DNA of 47,192 nt, taken from the NCBI GenBank assembly GCA_963527165.1, contig CAURQO010000001.1, positions 1 through 47,192 on the forward strand. The letters run 5' to 3'. Made by a program: the position numbers and the translations under genes. The notes below the pieces were generated by a model that worked only from the letters and a program-made list of their open reading frames with translations, was not told where the DNA came from and made no database searches. The first letter of the stretch is position 1. Each line of letters begins with the position of its first letter. Positions 1 through 9,674 of this stretch are shown here, in pieces. Source of the DNA: an uncultured bacterium. Lineage in GTDB: Bacteria; Patescibacteriota; Saccharimonadia; Saccharimonadales; Saccharimonadaceae.

Positions 1-1328
1 CTGTTTTCGACCTTGGTGGTGGAACATTCGATGTCTCGGTTCTTGATATTGCTGACGGTGTGTTTGAAGTTCTTTCAACAAACGGTGACACACACCTCGG
101 TGGTGAAGACTTCGATAACCGAATTGTGAACCATTTCTTGGATGAATTTAAAAAAGAAGAAGGAATCGATCTTAAAAATGATTCTGCTGCAATGCAACGC
201 TTGAAGGACGAAGCCGAAAAAGCTAAAAAAGAGCTTTCTTCAACAACATCTTATGAAGTGAATTTACCATTCTTGACGGCTGATGAAGATGGTCCAAAAC
301 ACTTTGAATACACTCTAACTCGAGCAAAACTTGAAGAATTAGTTGCTGACTTGATTGAGCGATTGGCTGATCCTGTTGAAAAAGCTCTAAAAGATGCAGA
401 TTTAAAAGCTAGCGATATTGCTGAAGTTGTGATGGTTGGTGGTATGACTCGAATGCCAGCCGTAGTTGAAAAAGTTGAAAAAATCTTTGGTAAAAAACCA
501 ACTCAAGGTGTTAACCCTGATGAAGTTGTGGCTGTTGGTGCTGCAATTCAAGGTGGTGTTTTGGCTGGAGATGTTAAAGATGTGCTCCTTCTCGATGTTA
601 CACCTTTGACTCTTGGAATCGAAACTGCTGGCGGTGTTCGAACTCCAATGATTGATCGAAACACAACTGTGCCAACTTCGAAATCGCAAGTTTTCTCAAC
701 ATATGCTGACAACCAGCCACAAGTTGAAATCCATGTGCTCCAAGGTGAACGTGAAATGGCTGCTGACAATAAATCGCTTGGAATGTTTGTGCTTTCAGGA
801 ATTGCACCAGCACCACGAGGAATTCCACAAATTGAAGTTACTTTCAATATTGATGCAAACGGAATTCTAACAGTTACTGCTAAAGATAAAGGAACCGGTA
901 AAGAAAACAATATCACAATTCAAAACTCAGGAAATATGAGTAAAGAAGATATTGAAAAAGCTCAAAAAGAGGCGGAACTTCACGCAGATGAAGACAAGAA
1001 GAAGCGCGAAATAATTGATGCGAAAAATCAACTCGAAAATGCTATTTATCAGGCAGAAAAAATGCCAAGCGAATTCAAAGATAAAATTTCGAAAGAAGAT
1101 GAAGAAGCAATTTCGAAAGCAGTTGAAGAAGCTAAAAAATATCAAAATTCTGAGGATAAAGATGAGCTTGAGAAAGCTTCGAAGGATCTTCAAGATGCAA
1201 TTATGCCTATTGGAGCTAAACTGTACCAAGCTCAACAATCTGATAGTAGTGAAGGTAAAGAAACAACTAAAACAACACGCAAAAAAGCTGATGACGAACC
1301 TGTAGAAGGCGAAGTGGTAGATAAATAA
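1..1328 (+). CDS. dnaK: Chaperone DnaK (Hsp70), 5' end outside the window
   Basis: Frame open from the window start ([12 protein letters not shown]). Hsp70 motifs [55 protein letters not shown]. Confidence 0.98.
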   Translation, partial: VFDLGGGTFDVSVLDIADGVFEVLSTNGDTHLGGEDFDNRIVNHFLDEFKKEEGIDLKNDSAAMQRLKDEAEKAKKELSSTTSYEVNLPFLTADEDGPKHFEYTLTRAKLEELVADLIERLADPVEKALKDADLKASDIAEVVMVGGMTRMPAVVEKVEKIFGKKPTQGVNPDEVVAVGAAIQGGVLAGDVKDVLLLDVTPLTLGIETAGGVRTPMIDRNTTVPTSKSQVFSTYADNQPQVEIHVLQGEREMAADNKSLGMFVLSGIAPAPRGIPQIEVTFNIDANGILTVTAKDKGTGKENNITIQNSGNMSKEDIEKAQKEAELHADEDKKKREIIDAKNQLENAIYQAEKMPSEFKDKISKEDEEAISKAVEEAKKYQNSEDKDELEKASKDLQDAIMPIGAKLYQAQQSDSSEGKETTKTTRKKADDEPVEGEVVDK

Positions 1329-1346
1329 CCACCAACAGTAAAATAA

Positions 1347-1384
1347 CAAAATACCCTATTCCATTAAAGAGTAGGGTATTTTTT
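1347..1384 (+). terminator. Intrinsic terminator after dnaK
   Basis: AAATACCCTAT...GTAGGGTATTT stem followed by a T-run. A second hairpin ATCCCTCAC/GTGAGGGAT at 1396-1418 probably ends the convergent ORF. Confidence 0.75.
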
Positions 1385-1431
1385 AATAAAAGAATATCCC
1401 TCACTTTTTGTGAGGGATGAGGATAAAATTT

Positions 1432-1764
1432 TTACATTTTTTGAAGAGCTATTAGACACTTTTCAACTTCTTTATACTGAGCATTTTCAAATAGTCTTTC
1501 AATCATGCGAAGTTCAGCATAAACTATAGTATCTTTAAAGTTGCCTAGTAACTCATCTCTGTTAGGGACATATTTATTTCTAAAATCTTGAACTTTAGCT
1601 CGTTTATCTGGATCAAGATTTGATATTCTGATATGCTCTAATGGAAGAAGATCCTTTAAATCTTTAAGAGCATTAGCTACTCCTTTCTGATTAACTATAA
1701 GTTCTGGTAAAGAATCCCCTTTATGATTAATTGTAAAAATTTCTTTTTGTGAAAGTACTGTCAT
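1432..1764 (-). CDS. Hypothetical protein (110 aa)
   Basis: ORF with GAGGTG RBS, an upstream TTGACA box on the minus strand and a downstream hairpin. Confidence 0.6.
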   Translation of the reverse strand: MTVLSQKEIFTINHKGDSLPELIVNQKGVANALKDLKDLLPLEHIRISNLDPDKRAKVQDFRNKYVPNRDELLGNFKDTIVYAELRMIERLFENAQYKEVEKCLIALQKM

Positions 1765-1870
1765 TATATTTTCACCTCTTTCGTGTAATATCTTATGTCT
1801 AGTAATGACAAAATCTAGACACTACTAAAATAATAATATAAAAACACTAATATGTCAATAGAGAAATTAC

Positions 1871-1897
1871 TTAGCACTCTTGCTCTTTAAGTGCTAA
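1871..1897. promoter_or_regulatory. CIRCE element (HrcA operator)
   Basis: TTAGCACTC-N9-AAGTGCTAA, one mismatch to TTAGCACTC-N9-GAGTGCTAA, directly upstream of the dnaJ extended -10 (TGTTATAAT, 1900-1908). Confidence 0.9.
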
Positions 1898-1915
1898 TTT
1901 GTTATAATTGTATAT

Positions 1916-3016
1916 ATGAGTAAAGCTGATTATTATGATATTTTGGGTGTAAAAAAAGACGCCAGCGCAGATGAGATTAAGAAAGCCTTTCGAAAAAAAG
2001 CGGTTGAACTTCACCCGGATAAAGGTGGTGATGAGAAAGCTTTTAAAGAAGTGAATGAAGCTTATGAAGTTTTAAAAGACAAAGAAAAGCGACAGCGCTA
2101 TGATCAGTTTGGCCACGCGGGTGTTAGTGGAAATTCTGGCGGATTTTCAGGAGGAAATCCTTTCGAAGGTTTTGGTGGATTTTCTGGGCAGAATGTTAAT
2201 TTTGATTTTGGCGGAGGATTTGGAGATATTTTTGATGGAATTTTTGGCAGTGGTTTCTCACAAAATAGAGGGTCTCAAGCTAAAAAAGGTCGCGATATTG
2301 AGGTTGAGTTAATTTTAAATTTTAAAGAGGCAATTTTTGGTACAGAAACTGAAATCTCGTTAAATTTAGATGATGAATGTGAACATTGTGAGGGTTCTGG
2401 TGCTGAACCTGGCCACGGAATGCGAAAATGTCCAGATTGTAATGGGAGCGGTCAACAAACTCGAACGACTCAAACGCTTTTTGGTCCAATTCAACAAACG
2501 GTCGTTTGTCCGACTTGTGATGGGCGGGGTGAGATTCCAAAGCAAAATTGTTCTGTTTGTGGAGGTAGTGGCATTTCGCGTAAAAAACAATCGATTAAGC
2601 TTAAAATTCCTGCTGGAATCGATGATGGTGCGACAATTCGGCTTTCTAGCCACGGAGAGGCGATAAAAGGTGGCAAAAAGGGTGATTTATATGTGAATAT
2701 TCGAGTTAAAGCTGATAAAAAATTCACTCGCGAAGGCGATTTAATTTTAAGCGAAGAAAAGATCTCGATGATTGATGCGGCACTTGGTGCGGAAATTGAA
2801 GTTGAAACCATTGATGGACCGCTCACGATGAAAGTTCCTGCTGGTACTCAGAGTCATACCGATTTTAAGCTTTCTGGTCATGGAGTTCCGCATCTTCGAA
2901 CTGAACGACGTGGCGCACAAATTGTGACGATTATTGTTGAGACTCCAACCAAGCTTTCAAAAAAGCAAAAAGAACTTTTAGCGGAATTTAAAAAAGCTAA
3001 AAAATCATTGTTCTGA
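1916..3016 (+). CDS. dnaJ: Chaperone DnaJ
   Basis: J domain with HPD, G/F-rich linker, four CxxCxGxG repeats, C-terminal domain. Confidence 0.98.
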   Translation: MSKADYYDILGVKKDASADEIKKAFRKKAVELHPDKGGDEKAFKEVNEAYEVLKDKEKRQRYDQFGHAGVSGNSGGFSGGNPFEGFGGFSGQNVNFDFGGGFGDIFDGIFGSGFSQNRGSQAKKGRDIEVELILNFKEAIFGTETEISLNLDDECEHCEGSGAEPGHGMRKCPDCNGSGQQTRTTQTLFGPIQQTVVCPTCDGRGEIPKQNCSVCGGSGISRKKQSIKLKIPAGIDDGATIRLSSHGEAIKGGKKGDLYVNIRVKADKKFTREGDLILSEEKISMIDAALGAEIEVETIDGPLTMKVPAGTQSHTDFKLSGHGVPHLRTERRGAQIVTIIVETPTKLSKKQKELLAEFKKAKKSLF

Positions 3017-3086
3017 TAAAAAAGCCGGTTTAGCTAAACTGGCTTATATTTTTGGTGAAAAAATATAAGTGTGATAAAATATGAAT

Positions 3087-3551
3087 ATGGCGGCAGTAGT
3101 TTTTATCGTTATTTTGGCAACTATTTTAATCCTTTCTCGCCGAAAAATGGGGTATTTTAATTTGGTTATTTTGGCTGGAGTTGTTTTAAATAGATATTGG
3201 AATAAAGATCTCACAGTTTTTTTGACAACTTCAAATTTGGCAATTCCAGAATCCACTTTGAGTGGAATTATTGGTATTTTGCTAATTTTAGTATCGGCAT
3301 TGTTAATTTTAATGAAAAATCCAAAGCAGGAAAAACTAATTTTAGGCTTATTTTCGTCAATATTTTCCTCAATTTTTGTTTATGTGGTTTCAATTTCATA
3401 TTTTGAAAAAGTATTTTTGCCAGATTTGCTTTCAAAAAGTATTTCCGGGCTTTTAGAGCAGTGGGTAGGTTGGATTATTTTAATAGGGGTAATTCTGTCA
3501 ATTTTGAGTATAACTTCATTTAAATTCAAGAAAATAGAAAAAACCTCTTGA
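3087..3551 (+). CDS. Hypothetical membrane protein
   Basis: Several hydrophobic helices. The start is 3081 or 3087; 3087 lies 6 nt after TGATAAAAT. Confidence 0.75.
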   Translation: MAAVVFIVILATILILSRRKMGYFNLVILAGVVLNRYWNKDLTVFLTTSNLAIPESTLSGIIGILLILVSALLILMKNPKQEKLILGLFSSIFSSIFVYVVSISYFEKVFLPDLLSKSISGLLEQWVGWIILIGVILSILSITSFKFKKIEKTS

Positions 3552-3596
3552 CTTTTGCGAAAAAATGAGATATACTTTTATATGTATTCAGCAAGT

Positions 3597-3673
3597 GGGT
3601 CTGTAGCTCAGCTGGTTAGAGCACCTGCCTTTTAAGCAGGGTGTCATGGGTTCAAGCCCCATCAGACCCTCCA
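3597..3673 (+). tRNA. tRNA-Lys(TTT)
   Basis: Cloverleaf with anticodon arm CCTGC-CTTTTAA-GCAGG, GGTTCAA T-loop and CCA end. Promoter TTGACT-N17-TATACT at 3548-3576. Confidence 0.96.
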
Positions 3674-3737
3674 AATATTTCATAAAAATCACCAAAAGGT
3701 GTTTTTTTTATTTTCGAAATATGCTAAAATAGTATAT

Positions 3738-4106
3738 GTGAAAACACAACTGATGGAATTTATAAATCGATGGTTCTTGAACAGCTTTTTGCTTTGGATT
3801 TTGGTTTCCATTTTTGGGAGCGTAAGTAATTATAGCGCTGGAACTTTCTTTTTAGCAGGGTTGATTTTTTCGGTTGTGAATAGCTTACTTAAAACTGTTC
3901 TAACAATTTTATCATTACCAATGATTATATTGACATTTGGCTTCTTCACGTTAATTGTGAATGGTGTAATTGTTTGGATTTCAATGCTTTTAGCGCCAAA
4001 TATTTCGATTGGATTTTGGAATTCTGTCTTTGTTGGTGCTGCGATAAGTTTATTGAATTATAGTTTGAGTCAGTTTTTAAAGACCGAAGATAAGGAGATT
4101 TTATAA
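3738..4106 (+). CDS. Four-TM membrane protein (YvlD / 'phage holin family')
   Basis: Motif VNSLLKTVLTILSLPMIILTFGFFTLIVNG. GTG start 7 nt after TGCTAAAAT. Confidence 0.8.
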   Translation: MKTQLMEFINRWFLNSFLLWILVSIFGSVSNYSAGTFFLAGLIFSVVNSLLKTVLTILSLPMIILTFGFFTLIVNGVIVWISMLLAPNISIGFWNSVFVGAAISLLNYSLSQFLKTEDKEIL

Positions 4107-4333
4107 TGAATATTGATATTATTTTACAATTTACTACTGTTATTTCTGGTGTAATAATGATGCTTTTAGTGCTTTTGCAACAGCGTGGCGCAACTTTAGG
4201 TGCAGGTTTCGGTGCTTCTGGTGAGCTTTATACTGAGCGTCGCGGTGTCGAAAAGAGTATTTTTCGAGCAACTGTATTTTTCGCATTTATTTTTGTGGCT
4301 TCAATTCTTATGACGCTACTTTTGCCTAAATAA
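4106..4333 (+). CDS. secG: Preprotein translocase subunit SecG
   Basis: LVLLQQRGATLGAGFG...RRGVEK, two TM helices. Confidence 0.92.
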   Translation: MNIDIILQFTTVISGVIMMLLVLLQQRGATLGAGFGASGELYTERRGVEKSIFRATVFFAFIFVASILMTLLLPK

Positions 4334-4344
4334 GGGGTATTCTG

Positions 4345-6186
4345 ATGGATTTTAAAGATAACCCTAAAAAGGTTAAGCGGGTTTCGAGCTACTTACAGAA
4401 AAATAAATCACAGACTTCGAAAAGTCAAACTGTTCAAGTTATACCGAATAAAAAAATGTCACTTTCTGAAAGAGCTGATTTTGCTGAGAAAGTAATTATT
4501 TCGCATACGAAAAAAATGTTTTTTGGTCGTTTTGAGAACTTATCAAATATTCGAAAAGTGGTTATCATCTGGGTTGCGGTGATGGCTTTTTTGATCTTCT
4601 CGGTTGGTTTTTTTCGAGAAGTTAGTAGTAAAAATTATAGCGAAGAAGTTTTTTATAAAGGTGGAACTTATTCTGAGGGAATTTTAGGCGAAATTAAAAC
4701 ATTGAATCCGATTTTGGCTTCAACTGAAAGCGAAAAATCGTTCGAGCAGCTTGCTTTTTCGCAACTTTATGATATAGATGAGAGTGGAAGTTTAAAGGGT
4801 GATTTGGCTGAAGCTGTTTCAACTAAGGATAATTACCGAAATTTTGATATTAAAATTCGAAAAAATGTAAAATGGTCTGATGGAGAAAAACTAACTACGG
4901 ATGATGTTATTTTTACAATAAAACTACTTAAAGAGCAATCTTTAAATGTTTCAAACTTTAAAGTTTGGAAGAATGTTGAGGTCTCAAAAAAAGACGATTA
5001 TGAAATTTCGGTAAAAGTTCCAACAAATTCTTCATCGATTTTGTATAGTTTTAATTTTTCAATTTTACCAGAACATATTTTAAAAAATATTCAACCAGAT
5101 AAAATTCGAGAAATCACTTTTTCGAATAATCTTGTGACATCCGGTGCATTCAACTTTAAATCGATTCAGTCGGATGCAAATAAAACTACAGTTTCTTTGG
5201 TAAAAAATAAGAATTACTACAAGGGTGAGCCTTATATTGATAATTTTGACTTGGTTGTCTTTAATGATAGTGATAAGTTGAAAAAATCATTAGTTGCTGG
5301 CGAGATTGTGGCGTCACCGAGCGTTAAGATTAGTGATTTTTCGGAAAACGAACAGATTAAGTTTAGCTCAAGAGAGATCAAAGTCAATCGAGGTATTTAT
5401 GCATTTTTAAATAATTCTGATCCGATTTTGAAGGACCCTAAAATTCGAAGAGCTATTCAATCTGGAATTGATATTTTAAAAGTTCGAAAAGAGATGGAGT
5501 TTGTCGAAAAACTTGATTATCCGACTTTGAATCAATTTATTAATACGAAAGATTTAAATTTACCGGAATATAATTTTAAGCAGGCCGAAAAAGTGATTGA
5601 ATCGGCTGGCTGGCGTAAAAATTCTAATGGAATTCTTGAAAAAGATGGTCAGAAAGCTACGTTAAATCTCGCAACGACTAGTGTTTATAACTATAAAAAA
5701 GCAGCTGAGGAAATTTCGAAACAACTTAAAGATCTTGGTTTTGATGTAAAAATGACAATAATTGATAAGGATGATAAAACAGGGGCGTTTATTCAATCAA
5801 TTCTTCAACCAAGGAATTACAGTATTTTGGTTTATGAAATTGATCTTGGAGCTGATCCTGATGTTTATGCTTTCTGGCATTCATCTCAATCTGGGCAGAG
5901 AGGGTTAAATTTTTCAAATTATAGTGACGTGATTGCGGATGATTTGTTGGTAAATTCACGACTTGCTCAAACTTCCGAAGATAAAAAACTTCAACTTACG
6001 AAATTTAGCCAGCGCTGGATTGCGAATTCGGCGGCAATTGGTTTAGGGCAAACAAAAACTAGTTATGTTTTTCGAAAATCAGTTAAGCCTTTCTCCCAAA
6101 AAATTTTTTTTGAACCAGATTTAAATCTTTATTCTGATGTTATATATTGGTCGGCAAAAAAATCGACTCTTTACAAGACGCCGTAA
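4345..6186 (+). CDS. ABC transporter substrate-binding protein (peptide-binding family 5)
   Basis: N-terminal TM, then TLNP, GDLAE, KWSDGEKLTTDDVIFT, ILPEHI, DPDVYAFWHSSQ, NFSNY. Confidence 0.9.
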   Translation: MDFKDNPKKVKRVSSYLQKNKSQTSKSQTVQVIPNKKMSLSERADFAEKVIISHTKKMFFGRFENLSNIRKVVIIWVAVMAFLIFSVGFFREVSSKNYSEEVFYKGGTYSEGILGEIKTLNPILASTESEKSFEQLAFSQLYDIDESGSLKGDLAEAVSTKDNYRNFDIKIRKNVKWSDGEKLTTDDVIFTIKLLKEQSLNVSNFKVWKNVEVSKKDDYEISVKVPTNSSSILYSFNFSILPEHILKNIQPDKIREITFSNNLVTSGAFNFKSIQSDANKTTVSLVKNKNYYKGEPYIDNFDLVVFNDSDKLKKSLVAGEIVASPSVKISDFSENEQIKFSSREIKVNRGIYAFLNNSDPILKDPKIRRAIQSGIDILKVRKEMEFVEKLDYPTLNQFINTKDLNLPEYNFKQAEKVIESAGWRKNSNGILEKDGQKATLNLATTSVYNYKKAAEEISKQLKDLGFDVKMTIIDKDDKTGAFIQSILQPRNYSILVYEIDLGADPDVYAFWHSSQSGQRGLNFSNYSDVIADDLLVNSRLAQTSEDKKLQLTKFSQRWIANSAAIGLGQTKTSYVFRKSVKPFSQKIFFEPDLNLYSDVIYWSAKKSTLYKTP

Positions 6187-6210
6187 TTTTGATATAATAA
6201 AAATGGTTTT

Positions 6211-6297
6211 GCGCGCGTGGCGGAATTGGTAGACGCGCTAGCTTGAGGGGCTAGTGAGCTTCGGCTCGTGGAAGTTCAAGTCTTCTCGTGCGCACCA
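6211..6297 (+). tRNA. tRNA-Leu(GAG)
   Basis: D arm GGCGGAATTGGTAGACGC, anticodon loop TTGAGGG, long variable arm, CCA end. Confidence 0.95.
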
Positions 6298-6438
6298 TAC
6301 CAGAATTTTTGAAAAATATTCGCGCGCCAGCGCGTTTTTTTTATTGCTGAGCAAAACTCGGAGTAGAAGCAAAAAGTTAACTTAGTTTATACCACTTTAG
6401 TCTATTTTATGATATTATATAAAGTGAGAGGAAAAATA

Positions 6439-6960
6439 ATGATTAGAAACGAAGATTTTACAAGAAAATATTTAGACAAAATTATTTTTGCATCCGAGAG
6501 ACATACTGTTGATGAATGGCTAGGCGCATTTAAAAAACTTTCGGAAATTATGAACGAGCTTAATCTTGACCCCGATCTTTACGTACATAGTATGGGTGTA
6601 GAAAGCTTAAAAATTAATTTTATAAAAAATGAATCTCTAATCATCAATGAAGTAATACGTTTAAATTCTTGCACAAAAAGAGTTCTTGATTTGTCTATTA
6701 AAATTGTTCAAATATCTTCCAGAAATGAATTCAAATACGATGATGTTTCGGGATTGATAAGAGAGGCTTGGTGGGAGTTAATTTCGCTCTTTGACTATTC
6801 TTCGGATTTATATTTAAATATTTACTCACTTTGTTTGTTTAACAATCTTGCTTTAACCTTGGAGAAATCGGTGAAAATAGTTGCCAATAAGCTTTCGGAT
6901 AGTCTATCAATAGTTCCAGATGACAATATGGAGAAAGTTGAGATTATTCTAAAAAATTAA
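6439..6960 (+). CDS. Hypothetical protein
   Basis: ORF with GAGAGG RBS before ATG 6439. No family recognised. Confidence 0.6.
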   Translation: MIRNEDFTRKYLDKIIFASERHTVDEWLGAFKKLSEIMNELNLDPDLYVHSMGVESLKINFIKNESLIINEVIRLNSCTKRVLDLSIKIVQISSRNEFKYDDVSGLIREAWWELISLFDYSSDLYLNIYSLCLFNNLALTLEKSVKIVANKLSDSLSIVPDDNMEKVEIILKN

Positions 6961-7049
6961 GATTTTTAGCATCAGTTTGATATTTAAGCGGTTTTTTCGC
7001 TTTTTTATTTTGTAAAATTGCACCATATTTTTGGTGCAATCTTATTAAA

Positions 7050-8345
7050 TTATTTGATATTTTTTCGAATCCAGCCATCAAGTGAGCCAGCGCTCATTGC
7101 TAGAATTAATCGGTTTTTTGCTTTTAAACTTAAAATTTTCTCTATTAATTCTTTTGGACTATCTGAAAAATCTAAAATTGTTGTTTTTTCTGATATTTTT
7201 CTTGAAAGGAATTCTGGTGAAAGAATTTCGAAATCAGGGTTTTCACGACTTAAATATGTTGGCAACCAGATAATTTCATTCGCATTTTCGAAAACTTTGG
7301 GTGTATATTCATCTTGAACTTCAATTTGGCGAACATTCTGGTGTGGCTGATAAATAAGAGAAATACCAGAAAAGCCTTTTTTTTCAGCAATTTCTTTGGC
7401 CATTTGAAGTGTCGCCTGAATCTCTTTTGGATGATGACCATAATCAGAATAAATATTTTCGGTTATTCTTTCGAAACGGCGATTTGTTCCGGGGAAATTG
7501 TTTATGGCTTCAATTGATTTTTTGTAAAAATCTTTCGAAACTTTTAGATCTTGCGTCTCAACTAGGTAATCTAACGCTTCGATAACCAAACTTGCATTTT
7601 TGCGATTGTGGATTCCGGGGAGTGTTATCTCTTTATCTGGTTGTTTCAAAATAACTTTATTTTGAAGATTTTTGAAAATTTCTGGATGTTGATCTTTCCA
7701 AGAAATAATAAAATCACTTTGCTCTCCAAACTGACTGAAGGCCTCGAAATAATCGGCTTCAGTTTCATAAATATCAGTATGGTCATGATCGATTGATGTA
7801 ATTAAACTGACTGCTGGTGTAAAATGAAGGAAATTACGGTCAAATTCATCAGCTTCATAAATAAAATATTCGCTTTGTGGATCGAAAAAACCGCTTTCGC
7901 CAAATGAAATCGTTGTACCGATCGACCAGCTTGCGGGAATTCCAAGTTGCTTAAAAATCCAGATTGCCATTCCAGTTGTTGTGGTTTTTCCGTGTGTCCC
8001 AGAGATTGCTATAAGTTTTAGATTTTTTAAAGTAATAATTTCGTTTAAGAGTTCGTCGCGCTTGCTAATTTTTATTCCTAAATTTTTCGCCATCAAAAGT
8101 TCAGGGTGATCTTTTGGCAGAGCGGCAGTATAGACAAACCAGTCGATACCGTTTTCGATAAATTTATTTTTTAAAAAATCGCCATTTTGTTCACCTATTT
8201 CGATTTCGATATTCTTTTTCGAAAGTTCTTCGATCATTAAACTTGAGTTTTGGTCACTTCCAAAAACGCCATATCCTGCACTGTGAGCAATGCTTGCGAG
8301 TGCCCCGATTCCAACACCGCCAATTCCAGAAAAATAAATATTCAT
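7050..8345 (-). CDS. murC: Mur ligase, UDP-N-acetylmuramate--L-alanine ligase-like
   Basis: GIGGVG...GSD Rossmann motif, GTHGKTTT P-loop, EADEFD, DHDH, RRFE, DYGHHPKEI, QPH. Confidence 0.88.
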   Translation of the reverse strand: MNIYFSGIGGVGIGALASIAHSAGYGVFGSDQNSSLMIEELSKKNIEIEIGEQNGDFLKNKFIENGIDWFVYTAALPKDHPELLMAKNLGIKISKRDELLNEIITLKNLKLIAISGTHGKTTTTGMAIWIFKQLGIPASWSIGTTISFGESGFFDPQSEYFIYEADEFDRNFLHFTPAVSLITSIDHDHTDIYETEADYFEAFSQFGEQSDFIISWKDQHPEIFKNLQNKVILKQPDKEITLPGIHNRKNASLVIEALDYLVETQDLKVSKDFYKKSIEAINNFPGTNRRFERITENIYSDYGHHPKEIQATLQMAKEIAEKKGFSGISLIYQPHQNVRQIEVQDEYTPKVFENANEIIWLPTYLSRENPDFEILSPEFLSRKISEKTTILDFSDSPKELIEKILSLKAKNRLILAMSAGSLDGWIRKNIK

Positions 8346-8429
8346 ACCTTTATTTTAACATTTTTAATGGTTAAAATAAAGCTTCTGAGCTTTTAAAAAA
8401 TTGCCAAATATGATAAAATAAAATAGCTT

Positions 8430-9674
8430 ATGTTAAATTTTTTCGATAAATTCAAACATTATTGGCGATTTATTTCTTTTGATGAAATGTCGATTTTGTA
8501 TATTTCGAAAAATATGCGAACTTTTGCGACAAAATTAACAAGTACTTTTAGTTTAATTTTTATATATAAGTTTACGCATTCAATTTGGATTATTCCTATT
8601 TGTATTTTAATTTATTACATTGCAAAATTTACAGGTTCGATGATTGCTCTTTTCTATATTTCAAAAAATGGCCCAAAGCACGGAATGCTACTTGCAAATA
8701 TTTTGTTTATTCCAGCTTTAGTTTTAATGGCTTCGATGGGAATTTTTGGTAAAGAAATGGGTTTGATTGTGGCCCTTATTAGTGCGATTTTTAAAGGAAT
8801 ATCAGTTTCGGTCGAGAATCTCTCATATAATGTTGACTTTTCGAAAGCTAAAACTGCCAAAAAAGTTGGAAAACAGCTTGGAGTTGCATATATTTTGGAG
8901 CATATTTCGAGTAGTATAGCTCCTGCAATTGGTGGATTTCTTGCGATATTTTTTGGAGTTGAGAAGCTTTTTGTGGTATCTTCGGTGATTTTAGTTTTGA
9001 CAACGATTCCACTTTTAACAACAAAAGAGCAAGTGAAGCCTGTTCGAAAAATGAGTTTTCGAGGTTTTCCGTGGCGAAACTATAAGCATCTTCTAGTTAT
9101 TTGTTATAGTTGTGGAATGGCTTGGAATTCTTTATATATTTGGAGCTTTTTCGCGCCAGTCTTTTTACTGAAAGGTATTAATGCTTATGGCTCAGCTGGA
9201 ATTTTGTCTTCAATTTCTTCAATTGCAGCTTTGGTTGCAGCTTTTATTTATGGCAAAATGATTGATAAGGATAAAGAGCGAGGACTTTTAAAAATTGGGG
9301 CTGTTTTTATGGGGATAGCTTTTTCGCTTCGAATTTTTATTTCGTCAAATCCGCTTTTACTTGGAGTTTTAGAAATTATTGCTGCAATGGCGATGAGTGG
9401 CTTCAATATGGCGAATTTCAAGGGTTTATATGGTGAAGCTGATGAATCCGGAATGCGCACACAATATTTGTTTTTGTATGAAATTGGAATGAATACAGTT
9501 TCTATTATTGCTATTTCCTTATTCGTGATTTTATTTTTTGCAGTACAAGGAGTAGATCCATCAGGTGAGTTATCAATGAGGGCTATGCTTTTGATTTCAA
9601 GTTTGCAAATTTTACTAATGGTTTTTGTGAATTACCGAATTTATCGCAATAAAAAACGTCAGTTTGAAGAATGA
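8430..9674 (+). CDS. MFS-type transporter
   Basis: About 12 hydrophobic helices, APAIGG and GKMIDK MFS-like motifs. Confidence 0.8.
   Translation: MLNFFDKFKHYWRFISFDEMSILYISKNMRTFATKLTSTFSLIFIYKFTHSIWIIPICILIYYIAKFTGSMIALFYISKNGPKHGMLLANILFIPALVLMASMGIFGKEMGLIVALISAIFKGISVSVENLSYNVDFSKAKTAKKVGKQLGVAYILEHISSSIAPAIGGFLAIFFGVEKLFVVSSVILVLTTIPLLTTKEQVKPVRKMSFRGFPWRNYKHLLVICYSCGMAWNSLYIWSFFAPVFLLKGINAYGSAGILSSISSIAALVAAFIYGKMIDKDKERGLLKIGAVFMGIAFSLRIFISSNPLLLGVLEIIAAMAMSGFNMANFKGLYGEADESGMRTQYLFLYEIGMNTVSIIAISLFVILFFAVQGVDPSGELSMRAMLLISSLQILLMVFVNYRIYRNKKRQFEE

Noticed and set aside
402..1349. Alternative-frame and antisense ORFs overlapping dnaK (and similar ones over other long genes)
   Set aside because: Shadow ORFs of well-supported genes, with no RBS or recognisable motifs.
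3738..4106. 'Phage holin family' gene as evidence of another prophage
   Set aside because: It sits among housekeeping genes (tRNA-Lys, secG) with no phage neighbours, and this membrane family is commonly chromosomal.
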